A stretch of DNA of 64,000 bases from Verrucomicrobiales bacterium (lineage in GTDB: Bacteria > Verrucomicrobiota > Verrucomicrobiia > Verrucomicrobiales > V1-33). The notes under the pieces are model-generated. The model saw only the letters and a program-made list of their open reading frames with translations, did not search any database and was not told the origin of the DNA. The DNA is taken from assembly GCA_031411295.1 (NCBI GenBank), contig JANOAV010000087.1, forward strand, positions 114,362 to 178,361, read 5' to 3'. The position numbers and the translations under genes were made by a program. Below, piece after piece: positions 38,357-47,878 of this stretch. The stretch's first letter is position 1. Each line of letters begins with the position of its first letter.

Positions 38357-38897
38357 TGGGCCGTGATTACATCCCAAGACTGATGCTCAACCCTTCTCCA
38401 AGTTGCTGTCCAAGATTTTAAGAAGGCATCCCAATGAGCTGCTACCACAGGTTCAAAGTCTGCACTTGCGTCAAAATTAGCGTTAGCATTAACAGGGTCC
38501 CAAGTATCGACCAGTGCACCTGGAGAATTGGCGTCATACGCCCAAGCTACTGCAGCTATCTGTGCTGTGGCATCTGCCTTCGCTGCTGCAGTCGCCTCGT
38601 CAGAACCAACCTGTCCGGGTTTGGCACTAAAACCGCTCCCATTGGGCGAGGTCCTAGTTTGAGCATGATTACGTTTTTTGTTTGGAACGGGAGGAGGACC
38701 CGTTCCAGGCAGCGCCGAAGCATCCACTTTCAACACCTCAATCACGACCAAAGATCCTACTCCCGCCATACCCAGTTTCTTGAGAAATAGGCGCTTGCCG
38801 AGATCTGAATTCCAAGTCGCAGCATTATTGTTACGGTGAGCTTGACTATTTGCCCCCCCCCGCGATTATTTAGATCACTAATGGATGTTTTTTTCAT
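38353..38897 (-). pseudogene. Putative Tat-exported protein, out of frame at a G9 tract (in frame with G10 or G7)
   Basis: From ATG 38897 the current frame stops after 46 codons. Adding one G gives MKKTSISDLNNRGGGANSQAHRNNNAATWNSDLGKRLFLKKLGMAGVGSLVVIEVLKVDASA..., continuous with the 38353-38769 ORF. Confidence 0.65.
38853..38861 (-). repeat. G9 homopolymer (C9 on +) in the 5' coding region
   Basis: tgCCCCCCCCCgcg, read directly from the sequence. Confidence 0.9.
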
Positions 38898-38922
38898 GGT
38901 AGGCTCATGTTAACGCATCGCT

Positions 38923-39909
38923 ATGAATTCGTCAATAACCATTTTGATTTTTATGAAGAATAAGTTTGTAATCGCTCCAGCTACGACAGGAAAGGCATCG
39001 GATACGTTGGCTGCTAGCACGATACCGACAGATGCGCCAACCAACCTACGCCCCAACCTGATTTACATCATCTGCTTCGATGCTCCGGGCTGCGGAGGGA
39101 ACCGTTTGCTAGCAAAGATGTTGGTGTCCTCGTTACTGCGGACATTTTTCACGGGTGACATTCTGGTGTTCCGTAACTTCGAGACACCGTTGTTTCTAGT
39201 AGAACGGAAAGGCTTGGAGGAAATCTACGTGGATGCTCCGCAGTTGGCGGGACAACCAGGAGCGGAAGCCGCGTGGTGCTGGAAATACAAGGTGGCGGAG
39301 ATGATGGATGTGGCAGGTTATGACAAAGTGCTCTTCCTAGATGCGGACTTCCTGGCTCTGCGGAACATCGATCACTTGTTGGAAGGCGATTGGGATATCC
39401 GTTACCAACCAGAGCGCGGACACAAAGGTGATGAGGTAACCTACAATGCATTCTACACGGAGAAAGAAATAACCAAAGCAGGCGCGCGCACCGGCATTAA
39501 CAGCGGCAGCATAGCCGTGCGGGCAGAGGTATTTCATGAAGTAATGACACAGTGGCGAAAGATCGACGAGGGAAAGCGGTATTGGAACAACGGCTTCTGG
39601 GATCAAGCCAGTTGGAATCGGCTGCTGATGAACCACACCAAGGAGGTGGGGCATCTTGCCCCACTTAAACAGAAATCTAAAAAAGGGGAGCGGGACGCTC
39701 CCCCTCCTTGGCGGGCGGAGCCATTTCCTGACAGGGAAATTCAATTTCCGATGTATCTGGATCTGGACTTCCGTTCCTATTCCAAGGCCACCCTGACGCA
39801 CAACTGTGGCATGAATGCGTTGGGGAAAATAGAATTCACCTTCGGTCTCTACATGAGAACCTTCTTCAGTGATCCATCCGGGCTGTTCTTCTCTATGTTG
39901 GAAATGTAA
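38923..39909 (+). CDS. Putative GT-A-fold glycosyltransferase (nucleotide-diphospho-sugar transferase-like)
   Basis: YDKVLFLDADFLALRNIDHLL, GINSGSIAVR and WDQASWNRLL are typical GT8/GT34/GT77-like elements. The start may instead be 38953. Confidence 0.72.
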   Translation: MNSSITILIFMKNKFVIAPATTGKASDTLAASTIPTDAPTNLRPNLIYIICFDAPGCGGNRLLAKMLVSSLLRTFFTGDILVFRNFETPLFLVERKGLEEIYVDAPQLAGQPGAEAAWCWKYKVAEMMDVAGYDKVLFLDADFLALRNIDHLLEGDWDIRYQPERGHKGDEVTYNAFYTEKEITKAGARTGINSGSIAVRAEVFHEVMTQWRKIDEGKRYWNNGFWDQASWNRLLMNHTKEVGHLAPLKQKSKKGERDAPPPWRAEPFPDREIQFPMYLDLDFRSYSKATLTHNCGMNALGKIEFTFGLYMRTFFSDPSGLFFSMLEM

Positions 39910-39937
39910 GGATCACGTCCCTAGCCAGCGCCAGCGA

Positions 39938-41584
39938 CTACTTCGTTTGCACAGCACTGGTCCGACCGTTATTGTTGCGGTTCACGTCCGTGACGCCTTG
40001 AGGGGTGGTAAGTTGGCTTTGGAACTGCACTCCGCCCGTCAGGTCGTAGCCGCTCAGTGGCACCCGGACCACGGTTTCTTGATTGGGCTGGATGATTGGC
40101 AAGGTCCAGCTTTGGGTATCCCCACCGGTATTCGTATTGAGCTGATAATTAAAAAGCGCGGTGGTGCCCTGGTTCTGCACCACATAATTCATGGAGGCAC
40201 CGTTGGGATCGTTTGGATTGTAGTAATGGCTGGCCACGGCGGCGTCCGTGAGATTCGGCGTGTTGCGGTTATTGACCCGGCTAACATTGACCAGGCCGTA
40301 GCCGAAGTCGGCATCCACCCCAGGCGCGCCGGCATCATTGGCGTAAGTTTGCAAGAGTCCCACGGCATCCGTGGCGCTCATCCCAGGATTGAGGGACATC
40401 ACACTGGCAATGGATCCAGCCACAAATGGAGCCGCGGCGGAGGTGCCAGAGAATGCGATCTGCTCTCCGCCCACGTTCGTTGCTTGCACTTCCAAGCCAG
40501 GGGCGCTGAGCCCATATTGCGTGGTGGAATTTGAGAAACTAACCACTTGGCCGTAGGCATCCACTGCGCTCACCGCCACCACTCCGTCATAGCGGGCGGG
40601 ATAGGTGGGATTAGCGTAGGCGTCATTTCCCGCCGAGGCCACGATGACGGCTCCGTGTTCGTTGGAATAGATCACCGATTGGGAAAGCACGTCGCTATCG
40701 CCATAGGAACCGAGACTGATATTCAGCACTTTGGCCCCTTGATCGACCGCTTTACGAATGCCCTGCGCTAACGTAAAGGAATCACTGAGCCCGTCTGCCG
40801 CCACCACGCCAAGGCTGAGCACCGTGCTGCCCGGAGCCACGCCATTGGCGCCCGCAGCAATCGAAGCCACGGCCGTTCCGTGGCTGAAATCCGTGGTGAC
40901 GTCCTTCACTAAATTTTGGTTGTTCAGGCGATTTCCGAACACTGTTTCTCCAGAAACGGGGCTATCCAGCACGGCTATCTTAATGCCCTGTCCCCAGGTC
41001 GTATTGTCTTTCACGCCGATAAATCCCAACCCAGAGCCGCTGAACGGAACATCCGAGGAAGCGGAGCGATCAGCCGGCACTGGTGGTGGAGTTACCGTAT
41101 AGTTGGGGTCGATACTCGCCCCGTTATTGGGGTGGGAAGCGATGTATTTCCGCAGCGATGCCGGATCTTCATAACCCAGACGGACCGCCAGCATGTCGTC
41201 ATTCTTGTCCTTGATCTTCAGACCGGCGGCTTCGGCTTCCTTGAGGAATTTGTCATAGGCGGCCTTGTCCTTGAAGCTGAAAATGGCCTCATTCGGAATC
41301 GCGTCGCGCCCTTTCATTTTGGCTTCGAACTCCGCGAGTTGGCGGATGGCTTCCATGAGCCATTTACTCAGCGTGGGATCCCCGGAACTGGCGGCAACGG
41401 GGGCGGCCTTCTCTTTCTCATCACTGGGGCCGCCAGCTTTCTGGTTTGCAGAGGAACTGGATGCAGCGGATGACTGCGGATGATTCCACGGCAGGTCAAA
41501 TTTCAACCCACCCAATAAAAAGAATCCCACAAGGCCTAGCAAGGCAGTGGTGGCAGCAACCAACAAGATGGGTTTCTCTTTCAT
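39938..41584 (-). CDS. S8 family (subtilisin-like) serine peptidase, membrane-anchored, with C-terminal CARDB-like domain
   Basis: IAVLDS, HGTAVAS, VASAGND, SGTSAAAP. Confidence 0.92.
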   Translation of the reverse strand: MKEKPILLVAATTALLGLVGFFLLGGLKFDLPWNHPQSSAASSSSANQKAGGPSDEKEKAAPVAASSGDPTLSKWLMEAIRQLAEFEAKMKGRDAIPNEAIFSFKDKAAYDKFLKEAEAAGLKIKDKNDDMLAVRLGYEDPASLRKYIASHPNNGASIDPNYTVTPPPVPADRSASSDVPFSGSGLGFIGVKDNTTWGQGIKIAVLDSPVSGETVFGNRLNNQNLVKDVTTDFSHGTAVASIAAGANGVAPGSTVLSLGVVAADGLSDSFTLAQGIRKAVDQGAKVLNISLGSYGDSDVLSQSVIYSNEHGAVIVASAGNDAYANPTYPARYDGVVAVSAVDAYGQVVSFSNSTTQYGLSAPGLEVQATNVGGEQIAFSGTSAAAPFVAGSIASVMSLNPGMSATDAVGLLQTYANDAGAPGVDADFGYGLVNVSRVNNRNTPNLTDAAVASHYYNPNDPNGASMNYVVQNQGTTALFNYQLNTNTGGDTQSWTLPIIQPNQETVVRVPLSGYDLTGGVQFQSQLTTPQGVTDVNRNNNGRTSAVQTK

Positions 41585-41680
41585 CGGGGGAGTATGGGGG
41601 CGGAACGACAAAACATCAACCCCTCAGATAGGACATCGTTGCAGGGGAATTTGTTCATGGGAACAATGGGTAAACCGCAG

Positions 41681-42889
41681 TCAGGCCGGACGATGCTTTA
41701 CCGTCCAGCGTCGGCGTAGTGCGACGCAGAGTTTAACTAAGGTGCCAACCACGAGTAGCGAAAGCAATGCCACCACTCCCCACAGCACTGGGTAGTCCTC
41801 GAAGGCAAATTTGACGCGACGTTTCCATCTGGAGCGTGCGTCATTTGCCCCCAAGTGGATTTCGTTCCACCGGGATGAGGAATATGGATACCGACTCATT
41901 TCCAGAAATTGCTGTTCGTAATAGGGCACGAAGTGGCGCAGCACGTCTTCCGGTTTCTCAGCCAACCATTGATTCGCCATGCTCAAAATCCTCGGATCAA
42001 AATTACTGCATACAGCGCTAAGCGCGCCTGAGCTATGAGACCGATCGTGGCCATACGAAGGCCGCCAGAAGTGCTCTTTGAATAATTTCAACAGTAACTG
42101 GATGCATCGCTCCCGCTCCTCAGCTGAAACCTGATTACTCAAGCGGTTGAGGTAAAGTCCGATGTGCGACATGTATTTCCGCCTAACATCGGGATTCAAA
42201 GTCTTGGCAGCAGCCAGTTCCCGCAGGATCGGAAGTGCGGCCACCCCATGTTGATCAAGCTTGCTGTAAACGAAGTAATCTAGCGTGCCACGGGGATCAC
42301 ACCAACCACTGCTGGCCCACAGCGTGAGATGCTCCCGCATGGCCAGTTCCTTCGCGTCCGTGACCGCTGGTGGAAGGTTGACCTGTTCTACCTCATAGGC
42401 GGATCGCAGTTTATTCGCCAGCACGTGCCTTTCCGTAGGCTTAAGCAGGCGCTGCAGAGCATCCAAATTGGCCTCGTGCAGGTTTTCCTCAGGCAAATAG
42501 ATCCGCAGTTTTCTCAAGCAAATGCGCATCAATGTGAGTTCCCCCGGCGGCCATTCATCTGCCGTGCTAGCTTGCCATGAATCCGGCCATGGCTGTTGCA
42601 ACAGCATCAGGATGAGCTGATTCCGGAAAGGGGATTCCCGCTCTGATAGCAGGGCATCGCTGATCGCGGCATGATAGGCGGGTGCAGTCCAGAGAGAGGT
42701 GATGAGATCCACCCGTCGACGGAGGAAGCACCTTTCGGTCAGGCTGAACACTCCCCCTGATGAATAATCCCGCACCATCAATTGCTGAAATTCCTCGGGA
42801 GTGATGGTTTCCAACGCTTGGCCTGGAGCGAAGCTGAACGGGAAGAGCAGCAAAGCGATCCAACCAGCACTGAGAAATAGCAGTTTCAT
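41681..42889 (-). CDS. Hypothetical protein with signal peptide and C-terminal TM anchor
   Basis: 402-aa ORF with N- and C-terminal hydrophobic segments; no family recognised. Confidence 0.65.
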   Translation of the reverse strand: MKLLFLSAGWIALLLFPFSFAPGQALETITPEEFQQLMVRDYSSGGVFSLTERCFLRRRVDLITSLWTAPAYHAAISDALLSERESPFRNQLILMLLQQPWPDSWQASTADEWPPGELTLMRICLRKLRIYLPEENLHEANLDALQRLLKPTERHVLANKLRSAYEVEQVNLPPAVTDAKELAMREHLTLWASSGWCDPRGTLDYFVYSKLDQHGVAALPILRELAAAKTLNPDVRRKYMSHIGLYLNRLSNQVSAEERERCIQLLLKLFKEHFWRPSYGHDRSHSSGALSAVCSNFDPRILSMANQWLAEKPEDVLRHFVPYYEQQFLEMSRYPYSSSRWNEIHLGANDARSRWKRRVKFAFEDYPVLWGVVALLSLLVVGTLVKLCVALRRRWTVKHRPA

Positions 42890-42954
42890 TCGGAGTGTAT
42901 CCTACAGGGTCAATTCGCGAATGGCTAGGGGATTTTGCCGCCGCGCGCTGACAG

Positions 42955-44346
42955 TCACCCAACATGCGCCCTCAGCCGCGCCAAGGTTCCAGCCGCCGTC
43001 CTCGCAAAGCCTCGGAATTCCTCGGACAGCCTCGCCTCTCCAGCCACGCGGTCCCAAAACGTAGTCGCCCAGTCCGCGGCGGCCCGCCACGGATCCAAAG
43101 CAGCCGGCAATGGAGGTGCAGGCTCGTAGGTGCGCGGCACCATTTCCCCCTGCAAGCCAGGAGCCCAGAGCATGGGCAGCATGTCATACGCCGGAGCCAC
43201 GCGGAAGGGCAGGGTGTCGGCCAGCCAGAAGGAAAGATTCCCTGCGTGCATGTCGGAATTGCCGATCAGCTCACCAAAGGCATGCAACCGCTGCACCGTG
43301 GCCACGGCTGCGGCATCGATGAGTCCTTCCCGCTGGAGTTCCTCCGCAGCCTGCGGCCAGCCGCCTCCGTCAAAGCCAATCGCGCTGGCGTGCAGTGATT
43401 CCAGTGAGACCACCCCGAGCCGACCTCCCGCGCCCACGCGATCGAATCTGGGCACCTCCAGGAAACGTCGCCCGGCCGCATCCAGAATCCGCGCGCCCGG
43501 AGTGGCCAGGCCACACGCCGCCAACACTTGATGGGCATGGTATTCGCACAGCAGCAAGTCCGCCCAGCGTTGGCCGGTCGGTTGATCCATGGGAGCGGTA
43601 AATTTCACTAACACCGGATGGTAAGCCCCCGCCGCGTCCTGCAGGCTGGTGAGGAATTTCGGCTGCTCGCCCCCGGCGGACGTTCCGGGTAGGGAGTTGG
43701 CCGCTTGTTGCGCCATGGCAGGATAGCGCGCGGAGCGATCCGCTTCTTGAATGACGTTTTCCGCCGCCGGGAAGACCGCCCGTGCCAGCGCCCGCCGCAG
43801 ACACTCGTCTCCCACGACGTGATTTCCGGGGAGATCTTCACTCGCAGCTTGCAGATAGATCAGGGTGTGGTCATCGCTCCAAGTCCGCGGATCTTCCGGC
43901 AATGCCAGCGCCCGGGAAATCTGCCGCGCAATCGCCCGCCCCAAGAACCCCTGCGGACGCACCCCTCCAAGGAAAAATGGGAACCCTTCCCACAGGCCCT
44001 CCGGATCTGAGAAATGATGCGCCCAAGCAGGCGGTTCGCCCGACCAACGAATGCGCCAACGACGTTCGTGCAGCGATTCCAACTCGGCCCACGGTCGTGC
44101 GCGCCCCATGTCGTCCAAGACATAAATCGGCCAGCGGTTACCAGCATTGCGGATCGACCGCCGCAGCGCATAGCGCGTCCGCCGCGTTGCGCCCATGGAG
44201 ACCACTTCATCCCCCATGTCTGCCAATCCCCGAACAATCGTAGTCCGGTTCACCCGCAAGCGAGCGGCCATATCGACCGCAGCAACGGGCCCCAGCATCA
44301 TGAGTGGTGCTAGGTTTGCGCGGGTAATCTGTGGGGGGCGAGCCAT
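42955..44346 (-). CDS. yjjJ: HipA-family kinase toxin, YjjJ type (N-terminal HTH)
   Basis: HTH LRVNRTTIVRGL...GATRRTRYAL, RPQGFLGR, SAGGEQPKF, NSDMHAGN, APAYDMLP. Confidence 0.88.
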   Translation of the reverse strand: MARPPQITRANLAPLMMLGPVAAVDMAARLRVNRTTIVRGLADMGDEVVSMGATRRTRYALRRSIRNAGNRWPIYVLDDMGRARPWAELESLHERRWRIRWSGEPPAWAHHFSDPEGLWEGFPFFLGGVRPQGFLGRAIARQISRALALPEDPRTWSDDHTLIYLQAASEDLPGNHVVGDECLRRALARAVFPAAENVIQEADRSARYPAMAQQAANSLPGTSAGGEQPKFLTSLQDAAGAYHPVLVKFTAPMDQPTGQRWADLLLCEYHAHQVLAACGLATPGARILDAAGRRFLEVPRFDRVGAGGRLGVVSLESLHASAIGFDGGGWPQAAEELQREGLIDAAAVATVQRLHAFGELIGNSDMHAGNLSFWLADTLPFRVAPAYDMLPMLWAPGLQGEMVPRTYEPAPPLPAALDPWRAAADWATTFWDRVAGEARLSEEFRGFARTAAGTLARLRAHVG

Positions 44347-44467
44347 TTATCTGATAATTATGCATCAAAATATCATCAAAGCAAATCATTTTTAATCCTA
44401 TATAACCAAGGAGTTACACTGATTTATATGAAAACTACGCCTCATTATTATGTGGAAATTCACCCAC

Positions 44468-45244
44468 CTACCCGCGCGCCACACAGAGTGCCGCCACCAG
44501 GACTGCTCCGCCTTGTTGTTTCAGCACCTCCGCGCATTCGTGAGCCGTGGCCCCGGTCGTTAGCACGTCATCGATCAGTAAAACCGCCTTCCCTTGGAAC
44601 CATTGCTCCTTTCGCGCTGGGCGACTCAGCGCAATGGCTCCACGGAGATTTTCCAGCCGCCCCTCCCGATCCAAGTGCGCCTGCCCCGTGGTGTAACGCG
44701 TTCGTTTGAGCCCATGGTGGAGGGGAAATCCCGTCGCTTCATGCAACTGTTGCGCCAGCTCCAGAGATTGATTGAAGCCCCGCTCACGGAATCGCACGGC
44801 GTGCAGCGGCACCGGGACAATCACCCAATCTTGACGGGCCAGCAGCCGTGGTTCCGTCATGGCATCGGCCAACAGCGAACCCAGCGCCAGTTTCAAATGC
44901 AGTTGCTGGTTGTATTTGAACTCGTGAATCAAATCCCGCACCGGCCCAGCGGATTCGTAGGGTGCGAAGGCGAAATCAAATGCCAGTTTCCGATCGACAC
45001 AATTGGCGCAGAGGAAGTCCGGATTCATTTCCCCGGCAAAAGGTTCCGCACAGAGCCGACAATACGGAGCGGCCACCGGCGTGAGCCGATCATAGCAACG
45101 ATGGCACAGCCTGCCACCGGCCACATAAGGCCCTTGCGGTCGGCGGCAGTGATCGCATTGCGGTGGAAACAGCAAATCCCGCATGGCCGCACCCCAGGGT
45201 CGGGCGGCATCCATGAATTTACCGAACCGCAGCGCGCGCATCAT
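44468..45244 (-). CDS. comF: ComF family protein (double zinc ribbon + PRTase)
   Basis: CxxC pairs, PVPLH...RERGFNQS, VLLIDDVLTTGAT. The ATG overlaps the upstream stop. Confidence 0.9.
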   Translation of the reverse strand: MMRALRFGKFMDAARPWGAAMRDLLFPPQCDHCRRPQGPYVAGGRLCHRCYDRLTPVAAPYCRLCAEPFAGEMNPDFLCANCVDRKLAFDFAFAPYESAGPVRDLIHEFKYNQQLHLKLALGSLLADAMTEPRLLARQDWVIVPVPLHAVRFRERGFNQSLELAQQLHEATGFPLHHGLKRTRYTTGQAHLDREGRLENLRGAIALSRPARKEQWFQGKAVLLIDDVLTTGATAHECAEVLKQQGGAVLVAALCVARG

Positions 45245-46212
45245 TTTTCCTTTGGTAAATGGCGCAGACCAAACTCCCGCAGGATGAGCCAGCCGAGCAT
45301 GATCAAGCCGGTAAATAACAACACGATCAACGGCGTAGCGCCAATCCGTAAATCCTCGCCAATCCAGGGCAGATACGCCTGCTTGTTTACCCCCTTGGGC
45401 GTGCGCGTCAGGCCGGCAAATAATTTGATCCCAAAGACCCACCCGGCGTGCATCCCGATGGACAGCCAGAGCGACTTGGTGCGCCAGCGCGCCCACCCCA
45501 GAATCAGTCCCACCGCAAACAACGTGGCTCCTTGGGCAATCAGGAAATTCGCGTTGCCGAATTTGCTAAAAATTTGCCCCACCATCCAAAATCCCGTGCC
45601 CGCCTCCACCGCATTGTCCGCCACTACAATCTCATCCGGTGGCTGCAGCAGGTGAATGATGGAAAAGAAGGCGCTGAGAAACAAAATCGCTGGCATGGGC
45701 TTCATCGCCCGTAACAGCAGGCCGAACAATGCTGCGCGGAAGAACCATTCCTCCATCAAGGCCACGCAGAAGGCCGCAAAAAGAGCCATTCCCAGAACCG
45801 ACAGCGCGTCCGCCTTGGGATTAGCCGCAAAGCGCCCGAAGGAGAAATAAACCGCGCCCATGACCAACAACAAAGACGAGGCTAACATGAATCCAATCAG
45901 TAAATCCTGCCAGCGCAAACGATTCCGCTCCAGTCCCAGATCCGCCTTGGTCATACCTGCCCAGCGCGAGAACGGCCAGAGCCAGAACACGGCGGAGATG
46001 AGCATCGAACGGTTGAAAAACTTGCTGAAATCAGATTTCTCCAGTTTCTCTGCGAACCATCCCAGCACCGGAGACTTCTCATGATGAAAGGTATGCACCA
46101 TGCTCACGAACCACTCGCCAGCGCGGAACAACCAGGGAGCCAGGACCGCTCCCGTCAGCAATGCCGCCACCAAAAAAGTGAATAGGAGGACAACACCATG
46201 AGGACGGGGCAT
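45241..46212 (-). CDS. CPBP/Abi (CAAX) family intramembrane metalloprotease
   Basis: EEWFFRA, FFSIIH, SIGMHAGW, multiple TM segments. Confidence 0.88.
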   Translation of the reverse strand: MPRPHGVVLLFTFLVAALLTGAVLAPWLFRAGEWFVSMVHTFHHEKSPVLGWFAEKLEKSDFSKFFNRSMLISAVFWLWPFSRWAGMTKADLGLERNRLRWQDLLIGFMLASSLLLVMGAVYFSFGRFAANPKADALSVLGMALFAAFCVALMEEWFFRAALFGLLLRAMKPMPAILFLSAFFSIIHLLQPPDEIVVADNAVEAGTGFWMVGQIFSKFGNANFLIAQGATLFAVGLILGWARWRTKSLWLSIGMHAGWVFGIKLFAGLTRTPKGVNKQAYLPWIGEDLRIGATPLIVLLFTGLIMLGWLILREFGLRHLPKEK

Positions 46213-46364
46213 AGGCAGTTAGGAAAAAGGGGGAAATAGCAGGAGGGTGGAAGCAGTCCGCTGGTCTGCGCTGCCTGACAGGCAATATATTTCTGAACTT
46301 GCCGCAAGCTCCCTTGGCGTCAAGCGCTTCAAGTGGGCTGGTGCAGGGCGGAAAAACCCAAGCC

Positions 46365-47210
46365 TTAGCAAGCCAGCCGAGTGTCCTGCAGCCAGACCTC
46401 CGGGCCGACTAATTCATGGATGAAGTGCGTTAGGCCCGCGAGATCCGCTGACGGTTCTAACACCGCAAAAACCGTGCTTCCAGAACCAGACATCAAGGCG
46501 GCCCGGACCCCGGGCTGATGGCGCAACTGCTGTTTGAGCAGGGCCAGAATTAAATGCTTCTCGAACACCGGACGCTCCAGATCATTCACCAATTCAATCC
46601 CGTCCACCAGTTGCGCAGCGTAGTCGATATCCGGTAATGCTTGCGACGCTTGCCAGCGGGAATACGCCCAAGGTGTAGGCACACCGAAGGGAAGCTTGAT
46701 TAGCAAAATGCGCCAGCCTAACTTTAGTTCTGGCAATAGCGTGACCGCTTCACCTCGACCCGCACAGTCCGCAATCGCATTGGTTAGAAAGAACGGCACG
46801 TCAGATCCTAACTTGGCGGCAAGGTCCAGGAGTTGCTGCTCGCTGACGGTCAATTGGGCGATCTTGCAAACCAGTCGCAGCGCCACGGCGGCATCGCTAC
46901 TGCCGCCGCCCAGCCCAGCTCCGTGAGGGATGCGCTTTTCCAGGTGAATGGACAAGCCCGGGAGCGGCCCCGTTAATTCAGCCAGCGCGTGCACCGCTTT
47001 GAGCACTAAGTTTGATCCGTCCGCCGGGATGGTTGGGTCCGAGCAAGTAAACTCAATCTGACCGACCGCACCGCTTAATTTGACCGTCAGGGCGTCCGCC
47101 AAAGCCAGGGGAGCCATGCGGGTGGTGAGTTCGTGGAAACCATCCTCCCGTTTCCGGAGAATGCGCAGGGAAAGATTGATCTTGGCGCGGGCGGGGGCGG
47201 TGAGCGTCAT
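46365..47210 (-). CDS. ispE: 4-diphosphocytidyl-2-C-methyl-D-erythritol kinase
   Basis: PARAKINLSL, KRIPHGAGLGGGSSDAA, LGSDVPFF, MSGSGSTVF. Confidence 0.96.
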   Translation of the reverse strand: MTLTAPARAKINLSLRILRKREDGFHELTTRMAPLALADALTVKLSGAVGQIEFTCSDPTIPADGSNLVLKAVHALAELTGPLPGLSIHLEKRIPHGAGLGGGSSDAAVALRLVCKIAQLTVSEQQLLDLAAKLGSDVPFFLTNAIADCAGRGEAVTLLPELKLGWRILLIKLPFGVPTPWAYSRWQASQALPDIDYAAQLVDGIELVNDLERPVFEKHLILALLKQQLRHQPGVRAALMSGSGSTVFAVLEPSADLAGLTHFIHELVGPEVWLQDTRLAC

Positions 47211-47878
47211 GGCATTCCCAGCAGGGCTAGCAAGCGGCCGGTCTGGCCTAACTCGCGACGATAAGAATAGTAAGTGTCCGCCGCCTGATAGGTGCAGGTG
47301 CCGCAGTCGAAGTATTGGCTGGGCGGGACCCCGGCGGAGAGGGCATCAATGTGAATTTGCGAGGGGAAATTCACCTCATAAGCAGGCGGTCGGATACACG
47401 GACCAAGCTGCACGATCAAGTCCTGTGGCCGGGAGCCGTAGGTTTCCCCCATGGCCACAATGGCCCGCCGCACAATTCCTAACGCGGAACCGTTCTTTCC
47501 TGAATGCAACAGGGCAATGGCGCCATGCCCTGGATCCACGATGTAAATCGCCCCACAGTCCGCCACATGAATTCCTAGCAAGACTCCAGGTTGATTTGTC
47601 ATCAGCCCATCAACTTGCGGAATCTGCCGCAGGCCAGCCTGAGGCACCGCCGCCACCGCCGCACCGTGCACTTGTTCTGCGGTGTGATACTGCTCAAGGG
47701 AGAATCCCAGGCTGGTAACCGCCGCGTCATGCCACGGTTGCAAGGCGGCCAGCACCTCCTGCTTGGCCATTGCCACCGGCACTGCCGGCACTCGCCCGAC
47801 AAAGGCATGCCGCACCATGCCGCTCAGCGCATTGAGCGCAGGGAACGTTTCGATGGGAGGAAGTAAGGGGGCAGGCAT
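47207..47878 (-). CDS. pgeF: YfiH/PgeF (multicopper polyphenol oxidase-like, purine nucleoside enzyme) family
   Basis: EQVHG, DGLMT, VADCG, HSG, GPCIR, CT...YYSYRR. Confidence 0.88.
   Translation of the reverse strand: MPAPLLPPIETFPALNALSGMVRHAFVGRVPAVPVAMAKQEVLAALQPWHDAAVTSLGFSLEQYHTAEQVHGAAVAAVPQAGLRQIPQVDGLMTNQPGVLLGIHVADCGAIYIVDPGHGAIALLHSGKNGSALGIVRRAIVAMGETYGSRPQDLIVQLGPCIRPPAYEVNFPSQIHIDALSAGVPPSQYFDCGTCTYQAADTYYSYRRELGQTGRLLALLGMP

Noticed and set aside
42935..44490. CCGCGCGC near both ends of the yjjJ block as possible att sites
   Set aside because: Only an 8-bp GC-rich match, expected by chance.
44594..45655. 353-aa plus-strand ORF
   Set aside because: Antisense to comF and the CPBP gene; no motifs.
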